This document shows, one piece after another, positions 16,915 to 31,130 of a stretch of 64,000 nt of DNA. Numbering within the stretch: position 1 is the first letter of the stretch; the number at the start of each line of letters is the position of its first letter. The position numbers and the translations under genes are program-made. The notes beneath the pieces were generated by a model that searched no databases, was not told the origin of the DNA, and saw only the letters and a program-made list of their open reading frames with translations. Source of the DNA: Eledone cirrhosa (taxonomy: Eukaryota); assembly GCA_964016885.1 (NCBI GenBank), contig OZ024742.1:155186001-155250000 (forward strand), read 5' to 3'.

Positions 16915-17200
16915 TACTTTAGTAGTTAGCCCGTTGAACTCTCATTCTTGAAGTGCTGAGTTTGAATCTGAGACAGGGCAGTCATTGAGCAAGTCACTAA
17001 GTTATCGCGTTGGTTCAGTGTACACAACTGAGAAATTGAGTTTCCACGCCACAGTTGCCAAGCTGTATCGGCGTTTGTCTTTCTCTTAACATCGGCAGCT
17101 TTTTGAGGGAAGTTTCGCTTAAATAGACGATTTGTTGTCTACTACACACACCCTGGCCTGGTTGATCCTTTGTCAGTCATTCATAGTTGTATCATCCATG
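16915..17200 (+). mobile_element. Degenerate CORE-type SINE (family B)
   Basis: GAGTTTGAATC B-box, TTGAGCAAGTCACT core and CCAAGCTGTATCGGC shared with the 50.9-kb copy. Confidence 0.55.
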
Positions 17201-17363
17201 TTTTTGAATTTCATACACGAAAAGAACTTGTTATTTGAAAGTGTCAATTAATTATTCTTTAATACAGAAAACAAGTGCAAAAACTAAATAAAAAGAAAGG
17301 AAAAGATATACGCAGATATACCTTGTAAACATAACTTCAAAGGTATATATATGCATAAACCAA

Positions 17364-17400
<37 letters not shown>

Positions 17401-17409
17401 CGTATATAC

Positions 17410-17912
17410 ATGGTATAGAGTAAAGACGACATACGGTCAAGAATTACCATGTGATTTGTACCTATTAGACAAGGTTGTTGTGGAAACCCAGCAGTCACCC
17501 ATGCATACTGATATCCCCTTCTCCGAGTCTTACATTTTGTCCAAGAGAAAGGCAATGGCCGATAATTGTTTCTACTTTAGGCACAAAGCCAGCAATTAGC
17601 CAGTACATTACTGGTCCTTTATTTTATCGACCCCGTAAGGATGCAAGGCAAAGTTAACCTCGGCGGGATTTGAACTCAGACTGTAAAGTGACGTAACTAT
17701 GCTAGAAAGCATAGCTTCAAACCCTCCACCGATAATGCCAATTCACCGCCTGGCACCAGTGTCATTGGAACGCATTTTTAGATCTGAATAAACTGGAGTA
17801 ACGGAAATAAATGTCTTGCTCAAGAGACACAACGGTCACTTGATACGAGAATTGAAGCAACAGCTCACGAATGCAAACGCAACGCTCTACCCACTAAGCC
17901 ATGTGCTTTCAC
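17410..17912 (-). mobile_element. CORE-type SINE (family B) interrupted by a SINE family A copy (about 17565-17750, minus strand)
   Basis: Reverse complement has GTGTCTCTTGAGCAAGACATTTATTTC. The nested copy has the full family A motifs on the minus strand. Confidence 0.75.
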
Positions 17913-17924
17913 TATATATATATA

Positions 17925-18102
17925 TTAACTGCCGTTTCGACGGCAGTTAATATAATCTGTGTGTGTCCAGAAATAGCCATCGAAACGGCTTGAGCTCTGC
18001 CGTCGGGTTTAAACATTTTCCTATTACCCACTATATTACCCTAAGTATTGAGTACTCTGGTACGTTATGGTCCATCTGGTTTCTTACCACGCCTCCTTCG
18101 CT
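17925..18102 (+). mobile_element. PLE pseudo-LTR fragment (family of the 32.1-35.1 kb element) with the 3' half of a hammerhead
   Basis: GAAA-CGGC-TTGAGCTCT-GCCG-TC-GGG and the downstream sequence are the reverse complement of 34900-35025. Starts with the small palindrome AACTGCCGTTTCGACGGCAGTT. Confidence 0.8.
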
Positions 18103-18120
18103 ATATATATATATATATTA

Positions 18121-18435
18121 GAATGTGAGTTATTTTTTACAAAATGAAAAATAATCGAGGTGTCCTACACGAGTGAAAGTATAAAGAAAAAAATATGAAA
18201 TCAAAAATGCAACAGGAGTCTTATTTTAAAAATATATATATATATTTATTTTGTTCCTTTGCCGGTTTCGCAGTTCTTCTGCTTTTCAAAAGTAGAGTTG
18301 AGATCGAGGGTCTGTATTTGTTCTCACATCCCAACTCATCTTTTGAAAAGCAGAAGAACTGCGAAACCAGTAAAGGAACCAAATAAATATATATATTTTT
18401 TTAAATATATATATTTGCATTTTCGATTTCATCTT

Positions 18436-18487
<52 letters not shown>

Positions 18488-18996
18488 ACGAACGAGGTGT
18501 GGTAAGGAACCAGATGGACCATAACGCACCAGAGTACTTAATACTTAGGGTCATAGAGTGGGTAATAACCGTCGAAACGGCTTGAGCTCTGCCGTCCGGG
18601 TTAAATATTTTCGTATATATATATAAAAGGAAAACATGAAACGACATTTCATTTCTCACTTTTAGTACGGCTGTTACTTATATAAAATACGCGTACATAC
18701 TTTATATATATATTACTTCTCGAAAAACCTGGCATTTCGAGCCACTTTTTCGATATAAAACAAGTAACATTCAGACACCAACCAGATGTGAGAAAAACCA
18801 CAGACCCTCCATCTCAACTCACCTTTTGAAAAGCAGAAGAACTGCGAAACCGGTAAAGGAACCAAATAAATATATATATTTAAAAAAAAAATAAGACTCC
18901 AGTTGCATTTTCGATTTCATCTCTCTTTCTTTATACTTTCACTCGTGTAGGACACCTCGGTTATTTTTCATTTTGTAAAAAAAACCTCACTTTCTT
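18121..18996. mobile_element. Nested inverted-repeat cluster of PLE-type pLTR fragments carrying three minimal hammerheads
   Basis: 18121-18330 is inverted at 18785-18996 and partly at 18331-18435. An inverted-plus-direct pLTR piece of another family lies at 18488-18600. Confidence 0.8.
18822..18859 (+). ncRNA. Minimal type I hammerhead ribozyme, U3-A8 variant
   Basis: CCTT-TTGAAAA-GCAG aagaa CTGC-GAAA-CCGG-TA-AAGG. Stems I and II pair; the stem III region is palindromic (ACCGGT). Sister copies at 18339-18376 (+) and 18256-18293 (-, cleavage-site U changed to C). Confidence 0.8.
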
Positions 18997-19012
18997 ATAT
19001 ATATATATATAT

Positions 19013-19113
<101 letters not shown>

Positions 19114-21891
19114 ATTCCGTTACAACAGCGGTATTACGCGGGTGATGAATAATTTGGCGATAAAAACAATGAAAGTAATGCACTATACATATTCCGTCCC
19201 GCGGACTGAGTGCTCTAAACCCTTGGGTAGTTATATCAGGTCTGTACTACAATATATATCGACAGAAACTTCCTGCTCAAAATTACGCTCCAATGATATA
19301 TTCCATGCCAGGTTTATCAAGCAGGATACGAATGTAATACGCCTCACATATACGTTCATATGTGAATTCGTTCGTACATGTACTCGTATATACAAAACCA
19401 CACACATACAGCGGATATATTATCGGTTTCAATACGTATTATCGTGTGTTTTGGTTTTTTCGCAATTGAAAATAATTTAATTCTTTAACTTGTTTTTGTT
19501 TTATATTAATTCTCTATCAAATATTTATCTTTATTCTGACACTATTATGCTACCGAACATCCTGTTAATTCTTCCATTGTTTCGGCACTTTATTTTCCTG
19601 TATCACTTGCTTTTATACAACGCTTTTAATTGTAATCTTCATTCAACATGATTATCAATGGATTGCCAGAATAGATTCTTTTCAACTAAGATTGTGTTCA
19701 TCTTCAATTCATTGTTCGAATTGTTAAAAAATATAAAATGACGCAAACACATAAAAAAGTCACAGAAAATACTATATATTAATGTCCGTATTATAATTCT
19801 AAAGAATACTCATTAAATTATGGAAAAGAAAATAATTACTACGTCAAATATTCTAAGACGATTCTAAACAACATCATTTATATTTTATTTACTCTCAATA
19901 TTATTGTATATCGGCCATGAAATAGAGATAATTAATTGCCAAACCAAATGCATTCCAGTATTTCGTTTCACATCTCATGACTCCAATTTCAAATTGCATG
20001 AATTGCGACTCATTATATTTCTCTCTTCAAGTTTCATTAGACAAATATTAGTTATGCCCAAAGGTTTGTTCCGACGATTGCACTATAACCTAAAAGCAAA
20101 ACGAGTTGGATATCACCACACGCAGAAAATATTAGCGTTACATTGCTATGACTAGCTTGTGTGTCCTGGTTTTCATTTAAATTTAAATCTCTCTTTCTTT
20201 TCTACAAACATCACTCTGGTTTTTCATATGTATATGTAAAACGGGAAAAAAATAACTATTTTCCATTAAGTGACCATAGAACAGACTATTCAGTATGATT
20301 GGTGGCAATGTCTATTATTCAAAATAACTTTTCGATGCGAACATTTTAAATTATAGTCACGAAGCACAGGTCAATAAATGCATAACCAGAGTTCTTTTTT
20401 ATACGATATTAACAACACAATTCGAAATAAACTATTCCAATTCATACGTTTCTTCAAATGTAAGACAACGTCATAGAGTAAGGTCGAATGACATGCAGAT
20501 TCTGTAAAATTGGATTCACTGCATTTCCAGTCCACCAATCACTTCTTCATGTTCTGTTGATAATATATCAGGGAAAAGAAAATGGTTGAAGGATTTGTCA
20601 CACATCATTAGTTTCTACATTCAAAGACAGCCGACGTTAATTTTACATTTCATTCTACCAGCATCAGCCAAACAATTCACATACGGATTCTTCAATAATG
20701 GGAAGGGGATATGAGTCAAAACTGGTATTTAGTTCATCCACTTTATAATCCTTCTCAGATCTCCGCTGCTTTCTTCTCTTCAGTGTCGATGAAATGGAAA
20801 TAATTATTTTCCGATATACAAAGCAAACATCAACAGTCACTCTCTGATATATTTTCGTATTGATATCTTTCAAATCATTATATAATTTCTGAGATTATGG
20901 GTTAATGCCCAGAATATCATCGTTTAATTGGTGCTTATATATATATGTGTGTGTGTGAATGTGTGTGTATGTGTATGTGTGTCTTAACTGTGAGCGTATA
21001 TCTCAAATCATAGTATCATTCTATCATACATTTTATATACATATATATTTTTTCTCGCGAAGTGTGTGGTAATGTAGGTAAGCGAGCATAATAAATACTA
21101 TTAAATTCTCATGAACAGGCACACTCAGATACCCACAAAAGATACGTATATATAAGCCTGTATACATCATACGCGTAAAAGATTTTGAGAAAATAAAAAA
21201 AGGATTGAATATGAAATCGAGAAAGTAACCGCGGAGTGAATCCTCTGTGCGCATCAGTGAGATGTATAGAGAAAGAAATTGAGAAGCAAATTGAAGGTTT
21301 GTGTTTGTTAATTTTTTGTGTGTATGTATTTACAAAATGTGCTTCAGTATCTGCATATGGTATTGTATTGCGTATAATCAGCATTCTATTTTTACGTCAG
21401 AAATTAAAAGGAGTACGATTATTTTTTAAGCGACTTCAAAGACTATTCTAAACTATATTTTGATAATGTGCACAGGAAGCTACTAGCCATGCTTCCACTT
21501 CCAATTTCTGTCAATGTTATTGTTCAACAGCAGAAAAACGATCGATCCATCGTCTATCATTTGAGATAAGGAGGTATATTTACCATATATTTGCGTGCAA
21601 TTTTGTGTATAGCAATATTATGTACAATTTCATAATGCATATTCTAATAGGTTTCATATTGATTATAAACGTTAAGTAACCAAGGAAAAAAAAAACACTT
21701 TGTTATTATTATGATTTGATACTTACATTTGTGTGTTTTTGTTTGTTTCGTGTGCGGTTTTTGTGTTAGTTTTCAGTTCGGTAGAAAGGAAATGTCTTTG
21801 AAGGTATATCATTCTTGTTTTCTTTTTGTCGAAGTAAATTTCATATAGAGAGGTAATACATGTCTTAAGGTTAAGAAACGATAATTCCAAT

Positions 21892-22020
<129 letters not shown>

Positions 22021-24990
22021 TTGTTGTTCTTTGAGTGTCAGTCATTGATGTTATTTAACTGGAAAGTTTGTTGAAATGAATATCAAGCCACTACCTGCAG
22101 CCTCAGATATTTAGGACGTGTCGGAGTGTTATTGCTGTTCCCAGCAAGCATGCCATTTGAAGTGTTCCAAAACGCGGGACGAATATTCTTTAACTATCCT
22201 TGGAAACTCTTTGAGATAGTACCTAGTGCGCCTATGACAATCGGGACCACTTTGACTTCATGGCAATTTCAAATCTTTTTTACCTTCCAATTTAAGTCCT
22301 TGTATCGGTTAATTTTCTCCCTCTCCTTCTCTTGCACTCTTGTGTCGAATGGACAGGCTACATCCACCATCAGGTACGATATGTTTTCCTTGTCCACAAC
22401 CACCAGGTCAGGTCTATTGTGTTCCAGTTTCTTGTCCGTCTGTATGCTAAAATCCCACAATACTTTCACCTGATCGTTTTCTATCACCGACTCTGGCTTA
22501 TGCTCATACCAGTTCTCAGAATGTGGTAAATTGTTTACTTTGCCTAGGTGCCAGTGGATCACCCTACCCATCACATCATGTCTCCAGCCTTTATAGTGAG
22601 TCTGGGCTAGGTGTTTACACTCGGATACAATTTGAGTCACGGTCTCCTCTCTCTCTCCACATATCCTGCACAGTGGGCTAGCCTCCTCCTTGTAAATATG
22701 GTGTTTCAACCACTTCGTTTTGAGGGCCTGCTCTTGCGCAGCCATTAGCATTCCTTATGTAGCCTGTTTAAAGTCTCCTCTTTTCAACCAGTTCCATGTC
22801 TGTGGATCTCTGAATTCAGTTTTCTCAAAGAAGGTACTATGAAGGGATTTTTTCATGAAGGTTGATCTCCCTCCTTGTTGTTATTTCCTCCTTGGATATC
22901 CACTGGCCTATTGTCCTATCCTTCAGTACAGTTCTGAGCATTGGCTCCCTACTATCAGTCACTTAATTGTGTAGGTTGTTTTTCTCCATCTGAACACAGT
23001 CCTCTATGCTGATAAGACCTCTTCCACCTTCAGATCTCTTTAAGTAGAGTCTATCGACATCACTCATCTTGTGGAACATGTTGTAGATAGGAAGAGTAGG
23101 AAGCTATTGACTATCTATTTCTTTTTGTTCACCAACATTCCATCTCAGAATTCCCGCACTGTACCTAATAATAGACACAGCTCGGGAATTTACTGCACTT
23201 ATGGCATTCCTACTGTTCAGTTGTGACTTTAAAACGCTATTACTCTCCGAATGTATTCAGATCTTATCGATTCCTTCATATTTTTGTTCTTGATGTCATC
23301 AGCTTCCAGAACAGCCACATACTTGTATCCTTCTTCAGTGTCAATTTCTTTTATCATCTCACCTGTTGGTACCTGGATTCCGTTGCTTCTGCTCAACTTA
23401 CCCCTCTTCATCACAAGGACTCCACACTTACTACTACCAAATTACATACATATATCATTGCTGAAAATACAGACAGTGTCAACAAACAGATCGAACTCCT
23501 TCTCACTCTTCCCGAAGAGCTTAAGATCGTCCATGAAGAGGAGGTGATTGATGGTAAGCTATCCCTTTCCCAACTTGTATCCTGCTCTCACTTTTCGCAG
23601 TAAAATGGTCAGGGGCATCAGGGCAAGGATAAACAACAGAGGGGACACACTATCTCCCTGGAAGATACCTCTCTTGATCTTCACGCCTCTCAAGGATTCT
23701 CCAGCTGATGTTAACTCTGTTTTCCAGGACTTCATACTTATGCCCAACAACTGTCTGATGTTATCTGCCACCTTGAAGATATCTAGGCTTTTGGAGATCC
23801 AAGAATGAGGCACCATGTCAAATGCCTTTTTGTAGTATATCCATCCCATGGCAAGACCAGTGTGTCTCCTCTTGCAATTCCTCATTACCATCTTATCAAT
23901 AAATAACTTGTCCTTTGTACCATGGGACTTCTTTCAGCATCCTTTCTGTTCGTCCGGTAACAAGTTGTTTATGTGGAGGTGATGGTAGAATTCCTCAGAC
24001 ACAATGCTTGTTACCAGTTTCCACATTACGGACAGACATGTGGTAAGTCTATAGTTGGTAACATCATTACCCTCGATTCGATCTTTCATTACCAGAACTC
24101 TGGTACCTTTTGTCAACCACTCTGGTACATCACCTGATATCAAGCAGTCATTGAACATGGTTGTCAGTTTCGGGTGGAGGGATGTTATAGTTTTAATCCA
24201 ATAATCCTGCACACCATCTGGACCTGGTGATTTCAAGTTGGTTAGTTTTTTGGCCTGCCCCTTAAGAGTGCCAACTGTGATAATCATATCAGTTTGTTGG
24301 TGTACCTGTTCACTAATCTCGTTGTGTACTGTCTCAATCCATACTGCCTGGTCATTATGTTTAACATCCTGCTCCCATATTCCTCTCCAGAATGTGTTAG
24401 TTTGTTCCGCCTCAGGGATCATGTCGTTGCCTTTTTCTTTCCCTTCAAGCTGTCCAAACAGCATCATCTGGTTGTTGTCAAACATGCGGTTCTGTCTATA
24501 CATTAATCTCCGCAATCGCCGTATCTTTGTTCGAGGTATTATTTATTTCAGCATTCAGATCATTGTCTGATTCGGATGGTTCCCCCGTTCTCAAAACCTC
24601 TCCACCTTCATTTCCCACTTGCTCGTTTGCCTGGCATACTCCACTTTCCATTTCCAACCTAATCTACCTGCTCAGTTCATCCAGTTCCAGCTCGCTTATC
24701 CACCCATTAGTTCTTATTACCCGAGCCTGCCCGACCAATTTTTGTTCATCTAATTTAAATAGACCGATCTCGTTCCAGATGTTATGCATCCGTTTCCTAT
24801 AGCCTTTTTCCTTGGGGTTACTCTTCAGGTAACACTACATAACAAATCTATTCAATTCTTTCCTCCAGTTGGTTCTGGTTCCTTTCCTTCTTTCTCTTCC
24901 TCCAATACCAGCAGTATTTGGATGACAGCCAGGTCTCTGCTGCTGGGCCAGGGAGCGCCTGCTTGGTGTGAGTCTTTCACATGACATTCC
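22021..24990 (-). mobile_element. Dong/R4-clade non-LTR retrotransposon (RT, CCHC, restriction-like endonuclease), frameshifted
   Basis: ORF pieces [55 protein letters not shown] and NRPDLVVVDKE..VDVACPFD..EK..RY. The 3' end abuts (TAA)n, the known Dong target. Confidence 0.88.
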
Positions 24991-25077
24991 AGTCTCCACT
25001 TCACCGTTATTCAAACTGTTTTGGTTTGATATTTAAGCACTCATATCGAGGATTGGTGAATGAATGTTTGCATAACT

Positions 25078-25142
25078 ACCGGTGATTTCATCACCCCGCA
25101 GTGGTTTCATCACCCGCAGTGATTTCATCACCCCGGTGATTT
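25078..25142. repeat. About three copies of a 19-20-bp unit with the palindromic core GGTGATTTCATCACC
   Basis: Read directly from the sequence. Confidence 0.7.
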
Positions 25143-25282
25143 TAGCGTGGCACTATCACGCTGTAGACGAACATAAATAAACAAACAAACACATAGATAA
25201 AAACCTAAAAAAACAAAAACAAACACAAGTTTCATTTTAATGTTTGAATGTCTGACTTAGTTTTTCTTTCTTTTTTTTAATT

Positions 25283-26040
25283 TGTGGGTTTATGTAGAAC
25301 ACCTGCTGTCGCGTGTAGAACGGATCCGACTATCAGCTGAGTCCATCGTGAGCATTGCCGCGCCCTCTTCATTAAGTCGGAAAGGGCAGGCAGTTTTTAT
25401 CTGTCTGGTGGCCATGGTACGGTGGACACGTCTGAAAGGACAGAAGACGAGCACTTACCTCTTCGGTGATGCCCTTATTAACTTTTTTCCAATTTCATTT
25501 GAAAAGGAAAATCAGAGTAAAGACGGAGGGGCTCTGTTCCCAGCTTTTTTGTTGAAAGATGGGTGAGAGAGGCAAGAATGGCCCGAGTGAGTGGACCTAC
25601 TCTGAGTACAATCCTGTAAATTGAAGGTGGAAAACTGGGAGAGGACAATTGACCTGGTGGTCAGGGTCACCGTGGCTTTTTAATGGGCTTTCTCCCCGAT
25701 GGCCTTCGGAAGTCTCCCGCCTATTGGGGAATTCTTTTCATTGTTCTATTATTACATCCCTCTTTTTAGTTTTTTTACACGCAGAAATGCCCTTTTGTAC
25801 CGTCCTGTGGTCAGGGCCACTGTGGTCTTTTAATGGGCTTTCTCCACAAATGTCCCTTGGAAGTCTCCCCCCTATTGGGGAATTTTTCTTTGTTATTTTA
25901 TTTCAACCTCTGTTTTTTTACACGCAGACATGCCCATTTGTACCGTCCTGTATTGTCCTGTACTGTCCTTAATGTCTACTTTATGTGAACCCTTGTGGTT
26001 AATAAAGAAAACATTATTATTATTATTATTATTATTATTA
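25283..26040 (+). mobile_element. Tx1-type (L1 superfamily) retrotransposon 3' fragment with duplicated 3'UTR and (TTA)n tail
   Basis: Translation GQAVFICLVAM matches the C-terminus of the 28.5-kb copy. The UTR block is repeated at about 25652 and 25803. Ends AATAAAGAAAAC(ATT)n. Confidence 0.8.
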
Positions 26041-29000
26041 CACAAATTTGTGATCTGTGAGATCGACATAGACAGACGTCATAGACAAGGGCCCGGTTAC
26101 TGGAAGCTGAACTCGTATTTCCCGGCGCACAAAGCCTACATAGACCGGATTAGCGTATTAGTTAAGCGGGCGTTGACGGAACCGGTCGTCAACAACAGAT
26201 GGTGGTTCGCCCTGAAAAGGGCAATTAAAGTAGAGTCGATTACGTTTAGCGAAGGAGTAGTGATAGAGGAAAATAGAGTAGAGGGAGAGCTAGTCAGAAA
26301 GCTAGAAGAGGCGTTAAGGACAGACATCGCAACCGACGTGCTTGCGGCGAGATTGGCATTCGACCAATTTTTCAACGCAAAACACAAAGGCTGCGTTATC
26401 AGAGCTAGAGCTCGTGCTCTGAAACACGAGGGGACAAAAGCCGTCCAATGGGCCCGGGTGGCAGAGGCGCGACGGAGAAACAAAGCCACAATTCAGTCTT
26501 TGTCTGACCAAAACGGGTGCGTGATGCTCGAACGCGAGCGGATGTGGGAAGCTTTTCAGCAGCACTTTGCTGAAATGTTCGGGTGCAGAGGCGGCCCGGA
26601 TCGGGGCATGGACTTCAGTGCATACCTTGACGGACTGCCTCGGCTTTCGACGACCGCAGCACAGTGTTGCGAAAAGCCAATAACAGCCGGTGAAATACGT
26701 AAGCGATAGCTAACTGCACGAAAGGTAAATCGCCAGGTTTGGATGGTCTGCCGTACGAGCTTTATGTATTTATGGCAGACTTGTTCGGTGACCTCTTGTC
26801 AGACGTCTGCTGCAACTGGCAGCAGAACGGGAGCATTCCCAGGTTTGTGAGCGGGGGAGCGGTGGTAATGCTGAGAAAAGACCCGAACAAGGGGGATGTT
26901 ATCGATAATTTCAGGCCGATATTTTGGCAAAGTTGTTACCAACGAGGTTGGCGCTTGTCGTCCTGGGTCAGTTGGGAGAAGCTCAGACATGCGCCATTCC
27001 GGACAGATCCATACACGACAACCTCCACCTCATGCGATACTCCATAGACAGTGTGGTTAAGGAACCTGGCACGGGTGGGGCCCTCTCCAACTTGGATCAA
27101 TACAAAGCATTCGATAGGGTCCACCATCGATACCTTGCGGTGGTCCTCGAGGCAGCCGGTTTCGGGCCCGTATTTAGGGGCTGGATCGCAGAGATGTAGA
27201 GCGACATCTGCTCAGTTGAGAGGGTGAACGGTCACCTGTCGCAGCCGTTCAGCATCATGCGCTCAGTCCGCCAGGGTTGTTCCCTCTCGTCCCTCTTGTA
27301 CGTATTGGCTCTCGAGCCGTTACTGCACAAATTGGGGGCGATGAGGGGCGTCCCACGCGAACTAGGATGCGGGAAATCCGACTCAGCTTACGCCGACGAC
27401 TTCACCGTGGTGGTGTCGAGCTCCAGACACGTCCAGATGCTCGGCACCACTCTCAAGGAATACGAGGCCGTAACAGGAGCAAAGATAAACCAGGAAAAGT
27501 CAGTGGGCTTGCAGCTCGGCACCTGGAGAGGCAAGTCCATTCCGTCCGACAGCGCCGTCAGGCGCTGGGCGGACGGACCGGTTAAATTGCTCGGGGTCTG
27601 GTTCGGACCGGACATCCAGATGGAGAAAAACTGGAACGAGGTAACGAGCAAGGTGGCCTCCCTCACCCAGAAATTGGCCTAGAGGAAGCTGTCCCTGAAA
27701 GATCAGGCGGAGATGGCGAATGCGTACATCGCATCCGTCATCTGCTACCGCCTCACGGGCGTCCCTTGCTCCGGCTCACCTCTCACCAAAATAGAGCGCC
27801 TCTTCTTCCGCTTTTTATGGAAGGGATACGCTCCCATGTTCAGACGATCCATCTGCTGTCAACGCCCGTTGCGTGGAGGGCTGGGCATGCCATGGCTTAT
27901 GATGCGCAAACATGTGCTGAGGCTGCGACATCTCTGGTGCTTCCTTGACGGTGAACAGGTGTGGTCGCCATTCGCCAGGCACGTTTTACCACAGCTAGTC
28001 TCCTTGACGGAGCTGCAGTCCTAGGTCAGAAAAAGACCGAGGGTAAGCGCTTGGAAACTGGAATATCTCCAGGGGCTCACTGCCCTCTGCCAGCTGGGCA
28101 CCAGTATCTGTGGAACATCCACCTCGGCGTTCTATAGAGGACTAGTGGAGGGGAAGAGAGACGACGTTCTCGGAGCGTCGAAGAAGATCAGCCGTTTGCT
28201 TTCTTCCGGATAACTTTCAGCCCGGAGCCTATGGGTAACCTCCAAAAATCCCTGGCCTGGCAGTGCTTCCTGGGAGCGATGCCGGTTCGAGATAAGCTCT
28301 ACAGGCACTGCAGAGCCGTCAGCCGAGCCTGTCCGAGAAGCGCGCACAGCGATGAAACCATCGTGCACGCACTCGTTCATTGCCCGAGCATTGCTGACTT
28401 GTGGACGCATGTTGAACAGTTGCTGGCGCGTGTAGGACTGATCCGGTTATCGACTGAGTCCATTGTGCAGATGGTCTCGCCGTCTTCCTTCGAGGAGGAA
28501 GGGCAGGCTGTTTTCATCTGCCTGGTGGCCATGGCGAAAGAGATTGTGTGGTGGACAAGGTTGAAATGTTTAAAGACAGACATTTCCTCTTTGGCGAATC
28601 CCTAATTCAGTTTTTCAAGTTTCATTTGAAGAGGAAAATCAGGGTAGAGAGGCAAGTTCTGTCTTCTAGCAAGTTTGTTGAAAGGTGGGTGAATATAGCG
28701 AGAATGGTCCGAGTGACCGGAACCGCTCTGAATATACGTCTGTAGTTTGTGAGATGGACAAATTGAGAGAAGGCGCTTGTCCTGGTGGTCAGGGTGGCCG
28801 TGGTCTTTTGTGTGGTTTTCGCCACGAGTAACCCTCGGAGGTTTCCACCCTATTGGGGAATTTTACATTGTTTCAATTTTCATTTTTATTGTTTATATAT
28901 ATATATATATATATATGTTTCTATGTGCTTTTATCTTTTCTTATATAAATAATAAATATATTTACCCGCACAAAACCTACATCGTACCGTCCCGAACCGT

Positions 29001-29083
29001 CCTGTGCCGTCTGTAATGTTTTTCTTGGTGTCAGCCCATGTGGCCTATAAATAAATCATTATTATTATTATTATTATTATTAT
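26041..29083 (+). mobile_element. Tx1-type retrotransposon, 5'-truncated, disrupted ORF2
   Basis: GPGYWKLN, GKSPGLDGLPYE, NFRPI, LDQYKAFDRV, VRQGCSLS, AYADDFTV, RGGLGMP and a C-terminal C-P-R..DETIVHALVHC knuckle; (TTA)n tail. Confidence 0.9.
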
Positions 29084-29424
29084 GTTCATATATATATATA
29101 TATATAAGTGTGTGTGCGTGTAGGTTCGATTATCTCTACCTCTCTCTCTTTCTATAGACAGGCACACACACACACACAAACACGCCCCCCACACACACAC
29201 ACACGCACACACACACACACACACACACACTCATACACAAACGCACACACATAAATATATATAAATATATAAGAGGATGTAACACGTTACAGGAATTGAC
29301 ATAAGTCAGCCTATATAACGATTTGACGGAACAAATGATGATTAAAGTAGAATAAATACTACTACTACACGATTCAACTGGAGTTTGTGGATTTCCTTTT
29401 TTATTTGACCCACTAAACATTGTT

Positions 29425-29686
29425 TGTAGAGGGTCGTACGCCATACTTTCCAGCATAGTTATGTCCCTTTACGATCTGAGTTCATATCCCGCCGAGGTTG
29501 ACTTTGCCTTTCACCTTTACGGGGTCGATAAAATAAAGTACCAGTAATGCACTGGGTAATTGCTGGCCTTGTGCCTAAAGTAGAAACAATTATTATATTG
29601 GCAGTATCAGTAGAGCGTCGGACGCCATGCTTTCCAGCATAATTACGTCCCTTTACGATCTGAGTTCAAATCCCGCCGAGGTTGTC
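29425..29686 (+). mobile_element. Two tandem SINE family A copies (second one truncated)
   Basis: Same motifs as 5529-5920. Confidence 0.85.
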
Positions 29687-30221
29687 TTAATAGGCATTTG
29701 AACTGTCAACAGGCTGCGGATCGCACACACATCCCTGCTAACCATTATGACAACAACGAACAATTTACTACTACTACACACACACATATTTGTTGTGAAA
29801 GAGTCATTTCTCAGTCAGCCGACACAAACCTACATTTGGCGCAAAATCAATTTTTTACATTCACATGACCTCTACCGACCAATCAAAATTGTTTTGACCA
29901 CAAGAATTTTTGCAACAAGAATTGGCGCAAAACCTATTTTAATACCGCTGCAGCAACTTTTTAAACATAAAAACAGGTAGAATTCCCAAAACTAATCAGA
30001 TCAGAGCAAACATCACGGACGCTCTATCTCAAAATTATTTTTTGAAAAGCATTAGAAATGCGCAACCGGTAAAAATTAAAACCAAAACTGAATACTAACC
30101 AATACAATTATTAATTCTCACTTATTCCTAATTAAACTATTTTTCACTGTGAAAAATTTGTCAGCATTTTACATTCCGTTTACCAATATATAATAACTTG
30201 TGTGTTACACCTCCATTATTT

Positions 30222-30225
<4 letters not shown>

Positions 30226-30285
<60 letters not shown>

Positions 30286-30302
30286 AATACATATATATAT
30301 AC

Positions 30303-30355
<53 letters not shown>

Positions 30356-30368
30356 CATATATATATAC

Positions 30369-30399
<31 letters not shown>

Positions 30400-30599
30400 C
30401 GTATATATATACATATACATGCATATATATATATACATATATATACATATACATGCATATATATATATATACATATATATACATATATATATACATATAT
30501 ATACATATACATGCATATATATATATATATATATACATATATATACATATATACATATATATACATATATATGCATATATATATATACATATATATACA

Positions 30600-30635
<36 letters not shown>

Positions 30636-30690
30636 CATATATAAATATACATATACATGCATATATATATATATACATATATATGCATAT

Positions 30691-30750
<60 letters not shown>

Positions 30751-30883
30751 CATACATATATATACATATATATACATATATATAGATACATATATATACA
30801 TATATATATATATATATACATACATATATATATACATATATATACACATATATATATATACATATATATATACATATATATAC

Positions 30884-30918
<35 letters not shown>

Positions 30919-31001
30919 CATACATATATATAAACATATATATATATATACATATATATATACATATATATATACATATATATATATACATATATATATA
31001 C

Positions 31002-31056
<55 letters not shown>

Positions 31057-31084
31057 CATATATATATCTACATATATATATATC

Positions 31085-31118
<34 letters not shown>

Positions 31119-31130
31119 TATATACATATA
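30226..31130. repeat. (TA)n/(TACA)n array
   Basis: Read directly from the sequence. Confidence 0.95.

Noticed and set aside
29700-30200. Promoter-like motifs (TTGGCGC twice, CCAATCA)
   Set aside because: No adjacent gene; the segment truncates a SINE and is probably part of another repeat.
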